Positions 9,116-21,800 of a stretch of 64,000 bases of DNA are shown here, piece by piece (positions within the stretch are counted from its first letter, which is position 1; every line of letters starts with the position of its first letter). Source of the stretch: an uncultured virus (IMG/VR IMGVR_UViG_2912375805_000003) (taxonomy: Duplodnaviria; Heunggongvirae; Uroviricota; Caudoviricetes). The stretch lies in IMG/VR virus record IMGVR_UViG_2912375805_000003; one strand, 5' to 3'. The notes beneath the pieces were generated by a model. That model made no database searches. It was not told where the DNA came from and worked only from the letters and a program-made list of their open reading frames with translations. A program made the position numbers and the translations under genes.

Positions 9116-10489
9116 TTAAATAATTGGTATTGGGTCATTCGTTACCCATGTACCTGAAATATAAGATGATCCATTTCCTGAGTATGCGACTACGCGACTA
9201 GCTTGTGTTAAGCCTGCCCTTGCGCCAGCAGGTTGGGTTTCATTGCGATATAAAGCCAGCGGATGGTAAGCAGGATAACTTTGATCACGTTGAAATCCAG
9301 CGGGAACCAAAATAACATTTCTTGTGTTAGAAGCATCAGAAGGATAATTATTGCATTCATACTTGATTGCTATTGTGACTGTGTCTCCTTCACGTTTAAT
9401 AGTACCGTTAACGTTTGTAATATTGTCACGATCGCTAATATCATCGTTAGTGATTTGGCGAATGATTTTACCTGTAACGACATTCCCTTGATTTCTTACT
9501 TCAGCAATTTTATTCGCTTTTACTTTAGAACCAACAACTTTGATTCTAGCAGTTCCGTTATCCGCAATTATGCCATAGTCATTTCCAGTTCCTTGATCAC
9601 TTGGATCAATGTTAATGTCAGCTAAATTTCTAGCTTCTGCAATACAGTTTTGATTTAGGTAGTAATTATTGTTTGTAGCAATTTTTGAACCTCCTGTGGC
9701 AAATAAACAACGATTTGATTTCCCATAAGTAGTTTCAGCAAAACGACAATTCCAGACAGCTAAATAACTAGACTGTTCAGAATAAATTGCACACTTTAAT
9801 TGTCCTGAAATATTCGCCTGATCTACAAACTCGATTCCATTAACTTGTTGGTAACCTAAAGAGCTAATAAATGAAATGGAGCGAACTTTAACACTTAAGT
9901 CAGACGTTACATCCGTTACACTTTGGCGACTGCGCAAAGTAATGCTAACTGCTTTGAGATTGCGAATCGCGACATCTTCAAGGTATACTCCATCGCCAAT
10001 CCAAATAGTTACTCGTGAACTAGTTAATAACGGTATTTGATTTACAGCAGCTTGAATTGTAAGAAATGGATTTTTTTCTGTACCATCCCCACTTTGATCA
10101 CTTCCTGTTTTAGCAACATATAAATCGAGCGTTTCGCCGTATGCTCCCATAAGAGTTCCAACAGAAACATCTAGTTGATTTAGCTGACCTTGTTGATTAT
10201 CTTGTCTTGTCTTTAATTCTGTATAATTCAAATTGAAAAGGTTATCCAATGCTAATAATCTCGAATAAAGCGTTGGATAGATCGTACCTTCAGCATTTAT
10301 TCGAGCATCCACTACTTCGTTAGGAGAATCACCGCCTGAATGAAGCACGAGATTATCTATACGACTGTTTGTTGATTTGTGCTGCTCGTCTAAATTTTTT
10401 TCCAAATTTTCTAAGTAGTCCACATTGTCATTGAATGTTTCTTTCCACTCGTTGGAAATTCGGTTATTCTTCAATTTTTCTAATTCCAA
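9116..10489 (-). CDS. Minor tail/baseplate protein, allele A (beta-helix-like)
   Basis: SPNEVVDAR motif; LYVAKTGSD...GDGTEKNPFLTIQAAV start typical of pectin-lyase-like folds. Confidence 0.7.
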   Translation of the reverse strand: MELEKLKNNRISNEWKETFNDNVDYLENLEKNLDEQHKSTNSRIDNLVLHSGGDSPNEVVDARINAEGTIYPTLYSRLLALDNLFNLNYTELKTRQDNQQGQLNQLDVSVGTLMGAYGETLDLYVAKTGSDQSGDGTEKNPFLTIQAAVNQIPLLTSSRVTIWIGDGVYLEDVAIRNLKAVSITLRSRQSVTDVTSDLSVKVRSISFISSLGYQQVNGIEFVDQANISGQLKCAIYSEQSSYLAVWNCRFAETTYGKSNRCLFATGGSKIATNNNYYLNQNCIAEARNLADINIDPSDQGTGNDYGIIADNGTARIKVVGSKVKANKIAEVRNQGNVVTGKIIRQITNDDISDRDNITNVNGTIKREGDTVTIAIKYECNNYPSDASNTRNVILVPAGFQRDQSYPAYHPLALYRNETQPAGARAGLTQASRVVAYSGNGSSYISGTWVTNDPIPII

Positions 10490-10859
10490 CTAAATCACTC
10501 CTTTTTTCGTTAGATTAGCGAGAATTGCAGTCATTGTTTTCTTTGTGTTGCTCAATGTGATCTCTGGTGGCTTATTTGGTATCGCTGGATACGTCTTGAT
10601 TCCTACCACTTGAATGTACGTATTAATATTCAAAGGTTCATAAATGAATGGGACGTGATCGCCTTTGTTGGGACTGATTTTCCATTTCAAGGTTACGGAT
10701 CCCGAAATACTTGGATAGTCTTGCAAGTCTGTCTTTAACCGCTCGAGCATGTTCCCTGATACGGTATACCGTTCGTCTTTAACAGGATCTTGTATCCTGA
10801 TTCCCCACTTCTGTGATTCAGGGCTTGTGTAAGTGATGGGAGTAAATATATAGTCACTA
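10490..10859 (-). CDS. Prophage tail endopeptidase-like protein, C-terminal fragment
   Basis: Identical to the end of 13313-14224; cut at N 10860. Confidence 0.75.
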
Positions 10860-10860
10860 N

Positions 10861-11526
10861 TTTCAGCTTTCCGAGATCACTTATTTGCTGGTTCGTTTGA
10901 TCAATACGATCATTTGCTTTATCAATATTCGTATTGAGAGTTGTGACATCTTGATTGGCTTTCGTGATTTTGTCGTTTGTATTTTTTAATTTCGCATCAA
11001 TCTGCGTTTCAGATTCCGTAATTTTCTGTTCAATCTCTTGCTTTCCATCAGCTAGAATTTTTTCGATTTTATCAATAGTCTGACTGAAACCATTGAAATA
11101 ATAATCTTCCAATTCTGGTGTACTATCATCGATTGGACTGCGTTTGATGTCAAAAGTAAAACGACCAGCTGTATCTAACGAGCGGTCGTTTGGGAAATCA
11201 ATATAAACACTACCTTCGACAATTCCAACATAGCCTAAAATATTATCTTCCAGCACAATGGACACAATACCATTTACACGATCTTCAATGGTGGCGAGAT
11301 AGTCATGTTTTCCATAACCACCTTCTGCCGTTGCAGATCTGAACATCAGACGAATCGGAACAGTTGTCCCTTCGGGTAAGCTTTGAGGGATGCCGTTTTT
11401 CCGAACTAACTTCATTCGAAGCTTAGCTGTTCCTCGATCATGCGACCAAAAAACAACATTCGTCCTGTTTGGACTAGTGGCTTCTGCTTGAATTACAATA
11501 ATCGATTCATTAATTTTAAACGCCAT
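10861..11526 (-). CDS. BppU-like protein, N-terminal fragment
   Basis: Matches 8438-9100; cut at N 10860. Confidence 0.78.
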
Positions 11527-12581
11527 CAGGACAACACCGTCCCTTTAGTAATGATTAAGCCAAGATCTTTAACATCTTCATTTTTATCAGCAAAACCCAC
11601 TGAGAATTTCCCACGAATGATTGCATCCTTACTCCTAGCACCTGTTGTGTTTTCTTTGCCGCTTGTTTGTTGTGATATAAGAACTTGTGACATTAAATTG
11701 GCATAAACTACAATATTTTGTCTATAAAAATAGCAAGTATTGTAGACGTTAGAAGCAGACAACCCTTCTGTATAAATCGCTGCGCTGGTTAAATTTCTGT
11801 TATCCTCAGCAAATTTACACTTATCGACAGAAAGATATCCTCCTTGTAGCAACATCAGACTATATATTAATCCACTATTTTTGGGTGCATTTATAGTATC
11901 TACAAATTGAAGACCTGTGACCTTGAAAAAACCTTTACATTGATAAAATGCAAGACTGCGAAGTTTTACTGGCATATCTGATTTTGATGGATCAATTACA
12001 GATGTATCATTTTTAGGGCCAATATGAATAGTAGTAGCACTAACATTTCTTATGAAAACATCTTCCAAATAAACACCATCATCTACCCAAATTCTAATTC
12101 CAGGAATAGAAACTAACGGGATCTGATTTACAGCCATCTGAATTGTCGCAAATGGTTTTTCTTCTGATCCATCTCCAATTTGGTCGCTTCCCAAATCAGC
12201 TGAAACATAAAGATTTATCCAGTCAGCACTACCACCAATGATTGTTTCTACACTATTGTTTAATTGAGCGACTTGTGCTTTTATATCAGCTTGATTTTTT
12301 TCTAGGGTAGAGACACTTTCAGAAACTTTTTTTTCGGTGTCTGTCAGTCTTCCTTGTAACGTAGCGAATGTTTCGCCTTTGTGATTCACCCGAGCATCCA
12401 CTACTTCGTTAGGAGAATCACCTCCTGAATGAAGCACGAGATTATCAATACGACTGTTTGTTGATTTGTCTTGATCAGACAATTTCTTTTCAAGATCATT
12501 AAGGTAGTCAATGTTTTTATTAAATTTCTCTTTCCATTCCGTAGAGATACGGTTACTGATTAATTTTAATAACCCCATCAA
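11526..12581 (-). CDS. Minor tail/baseplate protein, allele B
   Basis: Paralog of 9116-10489 (shared STNSRIDNLVLHSGGDSPNEVVDAR); shorter and divergent C-terminus. Confidence 0.7.
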   Translation of the reverse strand: MMGLLKLISNRISTEWKEKFNKNIDYLNDLEKKLSDQDKSTNSRIDNLVLHSGGDSPNEVVDARVNHKGETFATLQGRLTDTEKKVSESVSTLEKNQADIKAQVAQLNNSVETIIGGSADWINLYVSADLGSDQIGDGSEEKPFATIQMAVNQIPLVSIPGIRIWVDDGVYLEDVFIRNVSATTIHIGPKNDTSVIDPSKSDMPVKLRSLAFYQCKGFFKVTGLQFVDTINAPKNSGLIYSLMLLQGGYLSVDKCKFAEDNRNLTSAAIYTEGLSASNVYNTCYFYRQNIVVYANLMSQVLISQQTSGKENTTGARSKDAIIRGKFSVGFADKNEDVKDLGLIITKGTVLS

Positions 12582-12921
12582 ATCACTCCTTTCTTCGCCA
12601 TTTCAGCGAGTATCGACGTCATTGTTTTCTTTGTGTTGCTCAATGTGATTTCTGGTGGCTTATTTGGTATCGCTGGATACGTCTTGATTCCTACCACTTG
12701 AATGTACGTATTAATATTCAAAGGTTCATAAATGAATGGGACGTGATCGCCTTTGTTGGGACTGATTTTCCATTTCAAGGTTACGGATCCCGAAATATTT
12801 GGATAGTCTTGCAAGTCTGTCTTTAACCGCTCGAGCATGTTCCCTGATACGGTATACCGTTCGTCTTTAACAGGATCTTGTATCCTGATTCCCCACTTCT
12901 GTGATTCAGGGCTTGTATAAG
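12578..12921 (-). CDS. Tail endopeptidase-like protein, C-terminal fragment, variant end (MTSILAEMAKKGVI)
   Basis: Near-identical to the other copies but with a different last helix; N at 12922. Confidence 0.7.
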
Positions 12922-12922
12922 N

Positions 12923-13312
12923 ACTTCCTGTTTTAGCAACATATAAATCGAGCGTTTCGCCGTATGCTCCCATAAGAGTTCCAACAGAAACATCTAGTTG
13001 ATTTAGCTGACCTTGTTGATTATCTTGTCTTGTCTTTAATTCTGTATAATTCAAATTGAAAAGGTTATCCAATGCTAATAATCTCGAATAAAGCGTTGGA
13101 TAGATCGTACCTTCAGCATTTATTCGAGCATCCACTACTTCGTTAGGAGAATCACCGCCTGAATGAAGCACGAGATTATCTATACGACTGTTTGTTGATT
13201 TGTGCTGCTCGTCTAAATTTTTTTCCAAATTTTCTAAGTAGTCCACATTGTCATTGAATGTTTCTTTCCACTCGTTGGAAATTCGGTTATTCTTCAATTT
13301 TTCTAATTCCAA
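12923..13312 (-). CDS. Minor tail protein allele A, N-terminal fragment
   Basis: Identical to 10100-10489; cut at N. Confidence 0.7.
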
Positions 13313-14224
13313 CTAAATCACTCCTTTTTTCGTTAGATTAGCGAGAATTGCAGTCATTGTTTTCTTTGTGTTGCTCAATGTGATCTCTGGTGGCTTATTT
13401 GGTATCGCTGGATACGTCTTGATTCCTACCACTTGAATGTACGTATTAATATTCAAAGGTTCATAAATGAATGGGACGTGATCGCCTTTGTTGGGACTGA
13501 TTTTCCATTTCAAGGTTACGGATCCCGAAATACTTGGATAGTCTTGCAAGTCTGTCTTTAACCGCTCGAGCATGTTCCCTGATACGGTATACCGTTCGTC
13601 TTTAACAGGATCTTGTATCCTGATTCCCCACTTCTGTGATTCAGGGCTTGTATAAGTGATGGGAGTAAATATATAGTCACTATCTTTAGGATTCTCAGTA
13701 TTTGCACCATCCTTCAATTTTCCATAGCCTTTGATCTGCGTCTTCAAGGAATACGTATCAATATCAAACGACACTTCATCTGTATTGTATTTATAGCGAA
13801 TCTGTTCTTCCGTCTGCTGGCCGTACTCACTGGCAGGATAGAAAGTTAGATGTTTATTATTCGGAATCACGACTGCATTATAGTCAGANNNNNNNNNNNN
13901 NNNNNNNNNNNNNNNNNNNNNNNNNNNNNNNNNNNNNNNNNNNNNNNNNNNNNNNNNNNNNNNNNNNNNNNNNNNNNNNNNNNNNNNNTGTCCAAGTGCT
14001 TTGCGAGTCATTTCTTTGATCACAAATTCCTGTCCGTTGTAGAAAACAGAAGACTCGTATTCGACTAAATCAAATACTTCCTGATTCAACGAATTGCTGG
14101 TAACGGTAAAGCCAATCTCCCACGTTTCATTTTGTTGCCAGTTTTCATAAAAAGAACCCTTGTCATAACCGACAAGGATTTCTTCTTTGGTTTGTTCATA
14201 ATTTCGAATAATTAAATCAGTCAC
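13313..14224 (-). CDS. Prophage tail endopeptidase-like (Tal) protein, spans the 100-N gap
   Basis: Lies after Dit; YTSPESQKWGIRIQDPVKDERY motif. Confidence 0.72.
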   Translation of the reverse strand: MTDLIIRNYEQTKEEILVGYDKGSFYENWQQNETWEIGFTVTSNSLNQEVFDLVEYESSVFYNGQEFVIKEMTRKALGXXXXXXXXXXXXXXXXXXXXXXXXXXXXXXXXXXSDYNAVVIPNNKHLTFYPASEYGQQTEEQIRYKYNTDEVSFDIDTYSLKTQIKGYGKLKDGANTENPKDSDYIFTPITYTSPESQKWGIRIQDPVKDERYTVSGNMLERLKTDLQDYPSISGSVTLKWKISPNKGDHVPFIYEPLNINTYIQVVGIKTYPAIPNKPPEITLSNTKKTMTAILANLTKKGVI

Positions 14225-14232
14225 TCAATCAC

Positions 14233-14878
14233 CTACTTATACAAGAATCGGAAATCCCATGAAGATTTCACGCGAGTAATATTTTGGATCTCGATTTCAT
14301 TGACACCCTCAACCAAATTGATCAGACCGTGATTCGTATTGATTCCACATCTTACACCGTTCAATTTTGGAATCACGCCATCCAAGACTAATGTCTGTCC
14401 GAGATTCGTAGAAAGTGATGGATAGTAAATAAATCGATCGCCAGTTGTTTTATTGAAAATCGTCACATTTCCTTCTGATTCTCCTTCTAATGCGATCCGT
14501 AGATAATGTTCACGTGGATCAATTTCAAAGCTTCCAGCATTGTAAATAATGAAGTGACTAGTCTGATGCGTGTACTTGTAATCTTCCGCCACTAGACCTT
14601 GCGAGAACTGCCATTCTTCCTCTAGATTGAAATCCGTTAAAGTAGTTGCGATGGATTCAGAATATCCTCTGATAGCTTCCAGATTTACAGTATATCTTGT
14701 GTAAATTACGCCTTTTCTTTCATCGTCAATAGAATCATAAACTACTCGATATTTTTTACCTGGCTCTTTGCTGTAAATTAGATAAAATTCCGGTTCTCTA
14801 GTAAACAATTCGCGGAGTTCCGTCTTTTGTAAAACTAAGTCAAACATCGATTGCTCTCTACTTCGAATGTCAAATGAG
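14233..14878 (-). CDS. Distal tail protein (Dit), second allele, 5' truncated
   Basis: C-terminal half nearly identical to 15013-15834; N-terminal half divergent; N at 14879. Confidence 0.7.
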
Positions 14879-15012
14879 NGTAACGGTAAAGCCAATCTCC
14901 CACGTTTCATTTTGTTGCCAGTTTTCATAAAAAGAACCCTTGTCATAACCGACAAGGATTTCTTCTTTGGTTTGTTCATAATTTCGAATAATTAACTCAG
15001 TCACTCAATCAC

Positions 15013-15834
15013 CTACTTATATAAGAAACGGAAATCCCATGAAGATTTCACGCGAGTAATATTTTGGATCTCGATTTCATTGACTCCCTCAACCAAATTG
15101 ATCAGACCGTGATTCGTATTGATTCCACAACTTACACCGTTCAATTTTGGAATCACGCCATCCAAGACTAATGTCTGTCCGAGATTCGTAGAAAGTGATG
15201 GATAGTAAATAAATCGATCGCCAGTTGTTTTATTGAAAATCGTCACATTTCCTTCTGATTCTCCTTCTAATGCGATCCGTAGATAATGTTCACGTGGATC
15301 AATTTCAAAGCTTCCAGCATTGTAAATAATGAAGTGACTAGTCTGATGCGTATACTTGTAATCTTCCGCCACTAGACCTTGCGAGAATTGCCATTCTTCC
15401 TCTAGATTGAAATCCGTTAAAGTGGTTGCGCTGGATTCAGCACTCCCTGATGGAATACTAAAGGTTATTTCTATCGTAGAATAATCGTTCTCTTCCTCAG
15501 TAATTTCGAAATTTGTTGGATTTACTTTAAATCTTTTTCCTGGGCTTAAATCATAGGAAATGTAATATTGATAACCGACAAAAATTAGCTCATAGAACTC
15601 TGTTAATAGCAGTTCTTTATCATGCTTATTTTTGTAAAAGATATCAAAAGTCAGCACTAATTCAAAAGGACGAAAACTAGCATTAGCTTCTCTGCTACCG
15701 TTCGTCCCTTCAAAATCTTCGTAATTCACTTCATACACTGGTGCTTGACGTTTGATTTCTTTACATACAATTTTTTCTTTTCTTTGCGGATCAAACAACT
15801 TCCCATTTTGATTGAACTGTAATTTGTAAAACAA
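15013..15834 (-). CDS. Distal tail protein (Dit, Sipho_tail-like)
   Basis: 273 aa directly after TMP; YNAGSFEIDPR motif. Confidence 0.8.
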   Translation of the reverse strand: MFYKLQFNQNGKLFDPQRKEKIVCKEIKRQAPVYEVNYEDFEGTNGSREANASFRPFELVLTFDIFYKNKHDKELLLTEFYELIFVGYQYYISYDLSPGKRFKVNPTNFEITEEENDYSTIEITFSIPSGSAESSATTLTDFNLEEEWQFSQGLVAEDYKYTHQTSHFIIYNAGSFEIDPREHYLRIALEGESEGNVTIFNKTTGDRFIYYPSLSTNLGQTLVLDGVIPKLNGVSCGINTNHGLINLVEGVNEIEIQNITRVKSSWDFRFLYK

Positions 15835-15837
15835 TTA

Positions 15838-18800
15838 TCAAACACCTCCATTCGTATATCGAAGTTTATTCAAATCAGAGCCCATATAATGATTAGCAGC
15901 TTGCCCAATGTCAGAAGACTTGAGACTTAAATCTTTTCCAAGAATCGCTCTAAGAATCATCATTAACTCATTATGCTGTTTTTGTTGCTGTTTAATCAAA
16001 GTTACAAGCTCTGCTGAATTATCAGCTGTATTTGTAGTGTTGGAGCGTTTCTTGTCATCGCCAGAAAGAAAAGCTAATGCTTGACCCATCAATTCAATAG
16101 CTCTTGTTTTTCTTGTCAATGGAATAACCATTTCTGGTTTATTTCCTTCTCCCGCTCGATATAGTCCGTCTTTGGTAATCAATCCACCATTGGCATATCC
16201 ATGTCCTTTCCCGATAACTTGCAACATACCTGCAACTCCGTAACGTTTCTTAGCATAATTGATTGCTGCTAACATGTTATCAAATCCGTTCATAATATTT
16301 CCGTGACCAGGAAAAGCGTTAGCTGCAAAAGTTCCGGGTTTCGTTTGAAGTAATCCTGTTGCATTGCCTTCAGCGAGCCCATCATTGCCGCCGATTGCTT
16401 TCTCATTACCACCAGATTCCGTTTGGATTTGGGACATCCAGGCATTTATATAAGCTGCTGTAGCTGGTAATCCATTCATTTTCAATGCTTTAGACACATA
16501 AGAACGCCAGCGTGCAACACCACTTCCTCCAACTCCTCCATTGAATATATCGCCAGACCCCATCGAACCGTTTAAATGAATATGATCGAAGTGATCGCCA
16601 TCTGGCCAATTCGTCCATTGTCCGCTTGACCCTGTTCCAGATAATCCCATGCGGTCACGTACACGTCCATTCGTAATGACATACGCAATTTTTGAAGGGA
16701 ATTTTTCAAAAGCGTAATTAGCTGCTGCTGTATATCTCGGATCTCCAGATATACCTGGATAAGCCAAGTCTATAGCTTGCCGTTTTCCGTGATAGTAAGC
16801 ATCTCCTGCTCGATATCCAGAAGTTACTGTAAGTCCGGGGAACTTACCCATTACTTTCTGTGCAACATCAACTAAATATTGATAAACACCATTGGCATTT
16901 ACTGCACCATCAAAATTGCCATGAGTGAAGAATTCACTTAATTTTGATTGAAGCATTGTATTTGCAGCTTTAGACATTAATGACGTTCCTGATTTAGTCA
17001 TATCAAGCCATGGTTCATTAATGCCTGAAAAGTCAACTTTGCTAGTCAAGAATTCTAACATTCTTTTTTCATCATCTAACAAATCAACAATATCTAAATT
17101 GCCAATACCTTTTTCGTAGTGTGGAATATTTAAACGTTCCTTTAATTTCTTTGTTAAAGAAGCATTTAAGACCTGAGCACCTTTAGGCAAATTAACAAGA
17201 AGGTCTCTACCTTTGGCAATAAAACCACGTCCATCTGGCATCTGTACATATTCTTCGTGAACTAGGCCTTTTTGATCATTAATCATAGCAAGTCCACCAG
17301 GATGTCCATCAGTTCCCTTAGCGTATTGTGGAATTGGCCAGTTTCCGATATTCTTACTTGACTCGACTTCCTTAAGCACATAGTTAACTCCCGATATGAC
17401 GCCATTAACCCCTTTGCCCATACCACCAACCATTGTATTAGCGACATTGTTCATTGTTGTAGAAAGAGAATTACCTAACGAATTCATTCCGTTTATTAAA
17501 GATTGCAACAAGAATGTCCCTGCATTGTAAAAACCACCACTTTTAGAACGAAGGTTGTTAATCGAATCGTTACCAAGCTGATTTACACGGGCTATGAATG
17601 ATCCATACAATGAATTCCAACCATTAAGATTATTTTGCTGCCACGTTCGGCCATTGTTGTACATAGGAGTGTTGTAGTTTCTAAGCGTGACCATTGCTTG
17701 ATTACAAAATGAATTGATCGTAGAAATAAATGTCCCAGTTAAACTATTCCATCCATTCAGTAAGTTCTTATTCCATGCTACTCCTTGCGTATAATTAGGA
17801 TTGTTTTGAAGTTTTAGCGCATTGAGATAGTTTGTAATAAAAACCATTTCACTATTCATATATTGAGGAACCGCTGAGTTCCAACCATTCATTAGATTGG
17901 TTAACCATTGAGCTCCAATTCCTAGATACTGATCTGATTTTTCTGAAAGACTGCCCGGAATAATCGGATCGGCAACTTTTGTTTCATCTGATAGTTTAGT
18001 ATCTTTAGCATTAGTCGTTTCTGCCATCAGTTGAGTTCTCAATACCGTCGTTAGCTCGTTAATAGCTAAAATTAAAGCATCTAAGTTTAGCGTAGATGAA
18101 ACCGTCGTTATGTTTCCTATACCATCAGCATATTTAGGTACTAGACGTTTAGTTTTAGTGGCGTTCAGTACTTTCGAACCTCTTGGTAAGTCTAAAACGA
18201 CATTACGTCCTTTAGGTATAAAAGCTTCTCCGCTTGGCAAGGTTATAAGCTCTTCATAAGTAGGTCCTTTTTGATCGTTTACCATAGCTGCTCCGCCAGG
18301 ATGGAAGTTCGTTCCTTTAGCATTAGGCATAGGACCTATAAAGTCAGCTGATACAGTTTTAGTAATTTTATCTGGTATTTTTGTTTGGAAGATGTTGAAC
18401 GCTTCAAATGCATCTTTAGCAGCTTGTGAAGCCTCATCGTGTCCTACTGCAGTTTTATCATTAGGAAAAATATTTTTGTTGTAATTCTCTATAGAGCTTT
18501 TAGCCCCACTGATTGCCTCTTTTAAATTAACGTTATCTCCATATAGAGTTTTAAGAAGTGGCATAACTTTGTTATATTCTTCTACACTTACAGTCCCATC
18601 TTTCACTTTAGCCAGTAAATCAATATTATTACCAAGCAAGTTTTTAACTATGTCTGGAATTGCTTTCCATGCATTCCATGATTCTTCTGAAGCAAATATT
18701 TTGTTTGCTAAGTCAGTATTGTCAGCTAACATATATTTTTGATTATCTGGTAATTGAGTCCATCTTCCGTATATTTCTTCTGAAGATAAAACAGTGGTAG

Positions 18801-21800
18801 CTAAATCTTCGTTATCTGCAAGTAATCTTTTCTCATTATCAGGAAGGTTTACCCATTGATTCCACATTCTGTCAGATGATAAAAGAACCTCTGTAAATTT
18901 AGTATTATTAGCTGAAAGAAACTTTGCATTAGATGATAACTGATTCCAACGTTTAAACATTTCTTCGGAATTAAAAAGTTTTGTAGAAAAATCTGAGTTA
19001 TCTAATAACAATTCTTTTGTGGGGTTATCTAATTGAGCCCAACTATTTAATTTTTCTTCTGATCCATCGATAGCATCGTATACTTTATACGCATTCAAAT
19101 CTAAATCTTTCACTTGAAGTTTGTAAGTATCCCATAGTCCCAAATTCATGAGAGTTTCACCCATAACTTCAGGAGTATTTGAAGTTAGGATTGCTTCTTT
19201 AGAAGGAATATCTAACTCATTCCATTTACCAGCATTTTCTAAAGCCTTGTATACATTTTTAGAACACTCATCTTCTAATAATGCTTCTTTTTCTTTCCAT
19301 TCCATATCATCCCAATAACCATTTTGTACTGCCGCTATGGAAATGACATCTTTTGCGTTCGTTGTTAGTTTCGCATCATGAACAACAGGTTTAAGTTCAT
19401 TCCATTTAGTGAAATCCTTCGTTGCTTCATTCACTACTTCTTGTACGTTAGTTTTTACTTTTCCTGTTTTTTCGTCTAAAACTAATCCATTCCAAGTTGA
19501 TCCAGCATGCGTAGCCTCATCAGCTACCATACCAAGTTGTTCTGCATTTTTTTCGGCATTATCTGCTATTTCATCCGATGTTTTCTTCGCTTGGGCTAAA
19601 ATCTTTTCATTACTTTCGAGAAAAACTTTTGTATACTGACCAGTATTGTCCATAGCAGCTGCCGTTTTGCTAAATAATTGACCATTTGATAAACTCACTT
19701 CGTTAATCAATTGTGGATATTTATTTGTTATAGCAGCTATTTGGCTATCGAATCCTTGATTTGTAGTTTTGATGTAATCATTCATTTCATCTTCTAATGC
19801 ATCAATGAATTCTTTGCTTACTCCCTTTTCCTTTAAAGCCGCCTTTTTTTCTTCAAGCATTTGTCTATAATTTTCGGTAGTTGCAGCTTTTTGTTTCGCT
19901 AAAGATTGTAACCACGTCTTCGCTTCTTCTTCTGTAGCCTGTGCAACATCACCATTCATGGCTGATAGTATCTTTTTTCTGTCTTTAGCAGAAACATCGA
20001 GCGTATCCACATACGCTTGAGAAGTTCCTTTCATCAGATCCTGTATCTGTTGTAGTTCTGAAACAGTCAAGTCTCTGTTCTGATTTGCGGCTCTTTCTCT
20101 GATTTTTTTTATTTCTTCATTGTTGTCTTTTATTTTAGAAAGAGATTGCCCTAAGGTTTCTTCTTCTGATTCAGCTACTTCTTTCATGGCATCCTGAACT
20201 GATTGAGGTAGCCCTTTTAGTGCATCGTCTAATGCCTTTATTCTACCTGTTAAAGATGTTTCCAAAGATGTTCCAGCGGTTGCGAAATTAGCCGCCATAT
20301 TATTCGCATCATCAACAGTAAAACCCTCTTTGAGAAGACCGAATTGACCATTTGCACCTTCAATATTCTTCTGTACTCCGTCAAGAGTATTATCTATTTC
20401 CTCACCGACATCTGTTCCCCATTGCTTTACTCTTTGCGAGGAATTCCAAGCTTCTTCACCAAATAATTTCCATGCTCCATAGCCAACTGCTAGTGCGCCA
20501 CCAACGCCAACAATACCAAGTAGAGCAGGACCTAACAAACCTAGTGATGTTGTCATTGCGCCTATTCCGCTAGCGCCCGCAGCAGTACTTGCAGCACTAG
20601 CTGTTTTTCCCATCATAGGGACTAACCCGCCAATACCTCCAGCTCCTGCTGTCTTTGCAGCTGCAGCACCAGCTGTTGTTACCGACGATGCAAAGGCATC
20701 CAGAGCCTTCTTTTCTGCTGCTTTCGCTGCTAAATCAACAAGGCTTTTCGTCAATCTTCCAGTAGTTGAAGTAACTTTACCTATTACTGAAGTACCAGTT
20801 CCTAAAAGCTTCAGCGCTGGACCAGCTGCTGCTGCTAATCCAACCCATTTGATAATGTTTCTTTGTTGATCATCACTCATGGCTGAGAAAGCTTTCGCCA
20901 TATTCCCTAAGTTTTTTATCAACGGTTTTGATACATTTAGACCATCACGCAACGCGTCTACAAATGGACCTCCAAGATCGATTGCTGTATCAATCACTTC
21001 GTTTTTCAACATCTTTAGCTTTGATTCAGTTGTTTCGTATCTTTTATTAGCTTCATTTGTTAAAGCTGTATTTTGTTTCCACGCGCCGTTTCCTTTTTCA
21101 ATTGCTCCTTTGAATATGTCACTAGCATTTGCAGCTCTCAATAAACTGTCGCGTAGTCGAACTTCTTTTATATCCATGTCATCCAGAACTTTGATTGCTG
21201 AAGTCCCATGTTTTTCTGAATCTTTCAGTCCTTGAATGAACTTGATGATTGCTTCTGAAGGATCACTCTTGAACAACTTCTGGAATTGTTCACTTGTAAC
21301 ACCTGCCACATTCGCAAAATTTTCAAGCGAACTTTTCGAATTGTCCGCTTCTTTATACATTTTCTTTAAATCAGATGAAGTGAATCCCATTTGCTCTGAT
21401 ACTGCTTTTAACGATTTTCCACCGTCTCTCACAGCATTTACTAAATTAACCCACGGAACACCTTGTTCTTCTGCCATCTGTTTCAGCTGATCAAAAGCGC
21501 CAAATCCTTTTTCTACAGCTAGTTGCATCTGGATCATGACCTTCGAAAAGGCAGACCCACCTGCTTCAGCTTCGACACCAACAGAGGATAGAGCAGTAGC
21601 AAATCCTAGAATTTCGCCTTGGCTCATTCCAATCTGTTTACCAGCACCCGCTAACCGCAGTCCCATTTCAGTGATTTCCGATTCGGTTGTAGCAAAATTG
21701 TTACCTAGATCAACAATGACTGATCCTAATTTATCAAAGTCTTTTTGAGACATTTGGGTTATATTAGCAAATCGTGCTAAAGAAGTTGCAGCTGTTTCTG

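Noticed and set aside
10735..14979. Chimeric ORFs 10735-11526, 12578-13312 and 14233-14979
   Set aside because: Each reads through an N that joins unrelated gene fragments
8438..15440. Shufflon, invertible tail-fibre locus or diversity-generating retroelement
   Set aside because: All repeats are direct and break at Ns; no invertase or reverse transcriptase; no adenine-specific variation seen
19409..21748. Plus-strand ORFs within TMP (also 57436-59970 and similar ORFs in capsid and tail genes)
   Set aside because: Antisense shadows of long coding genes
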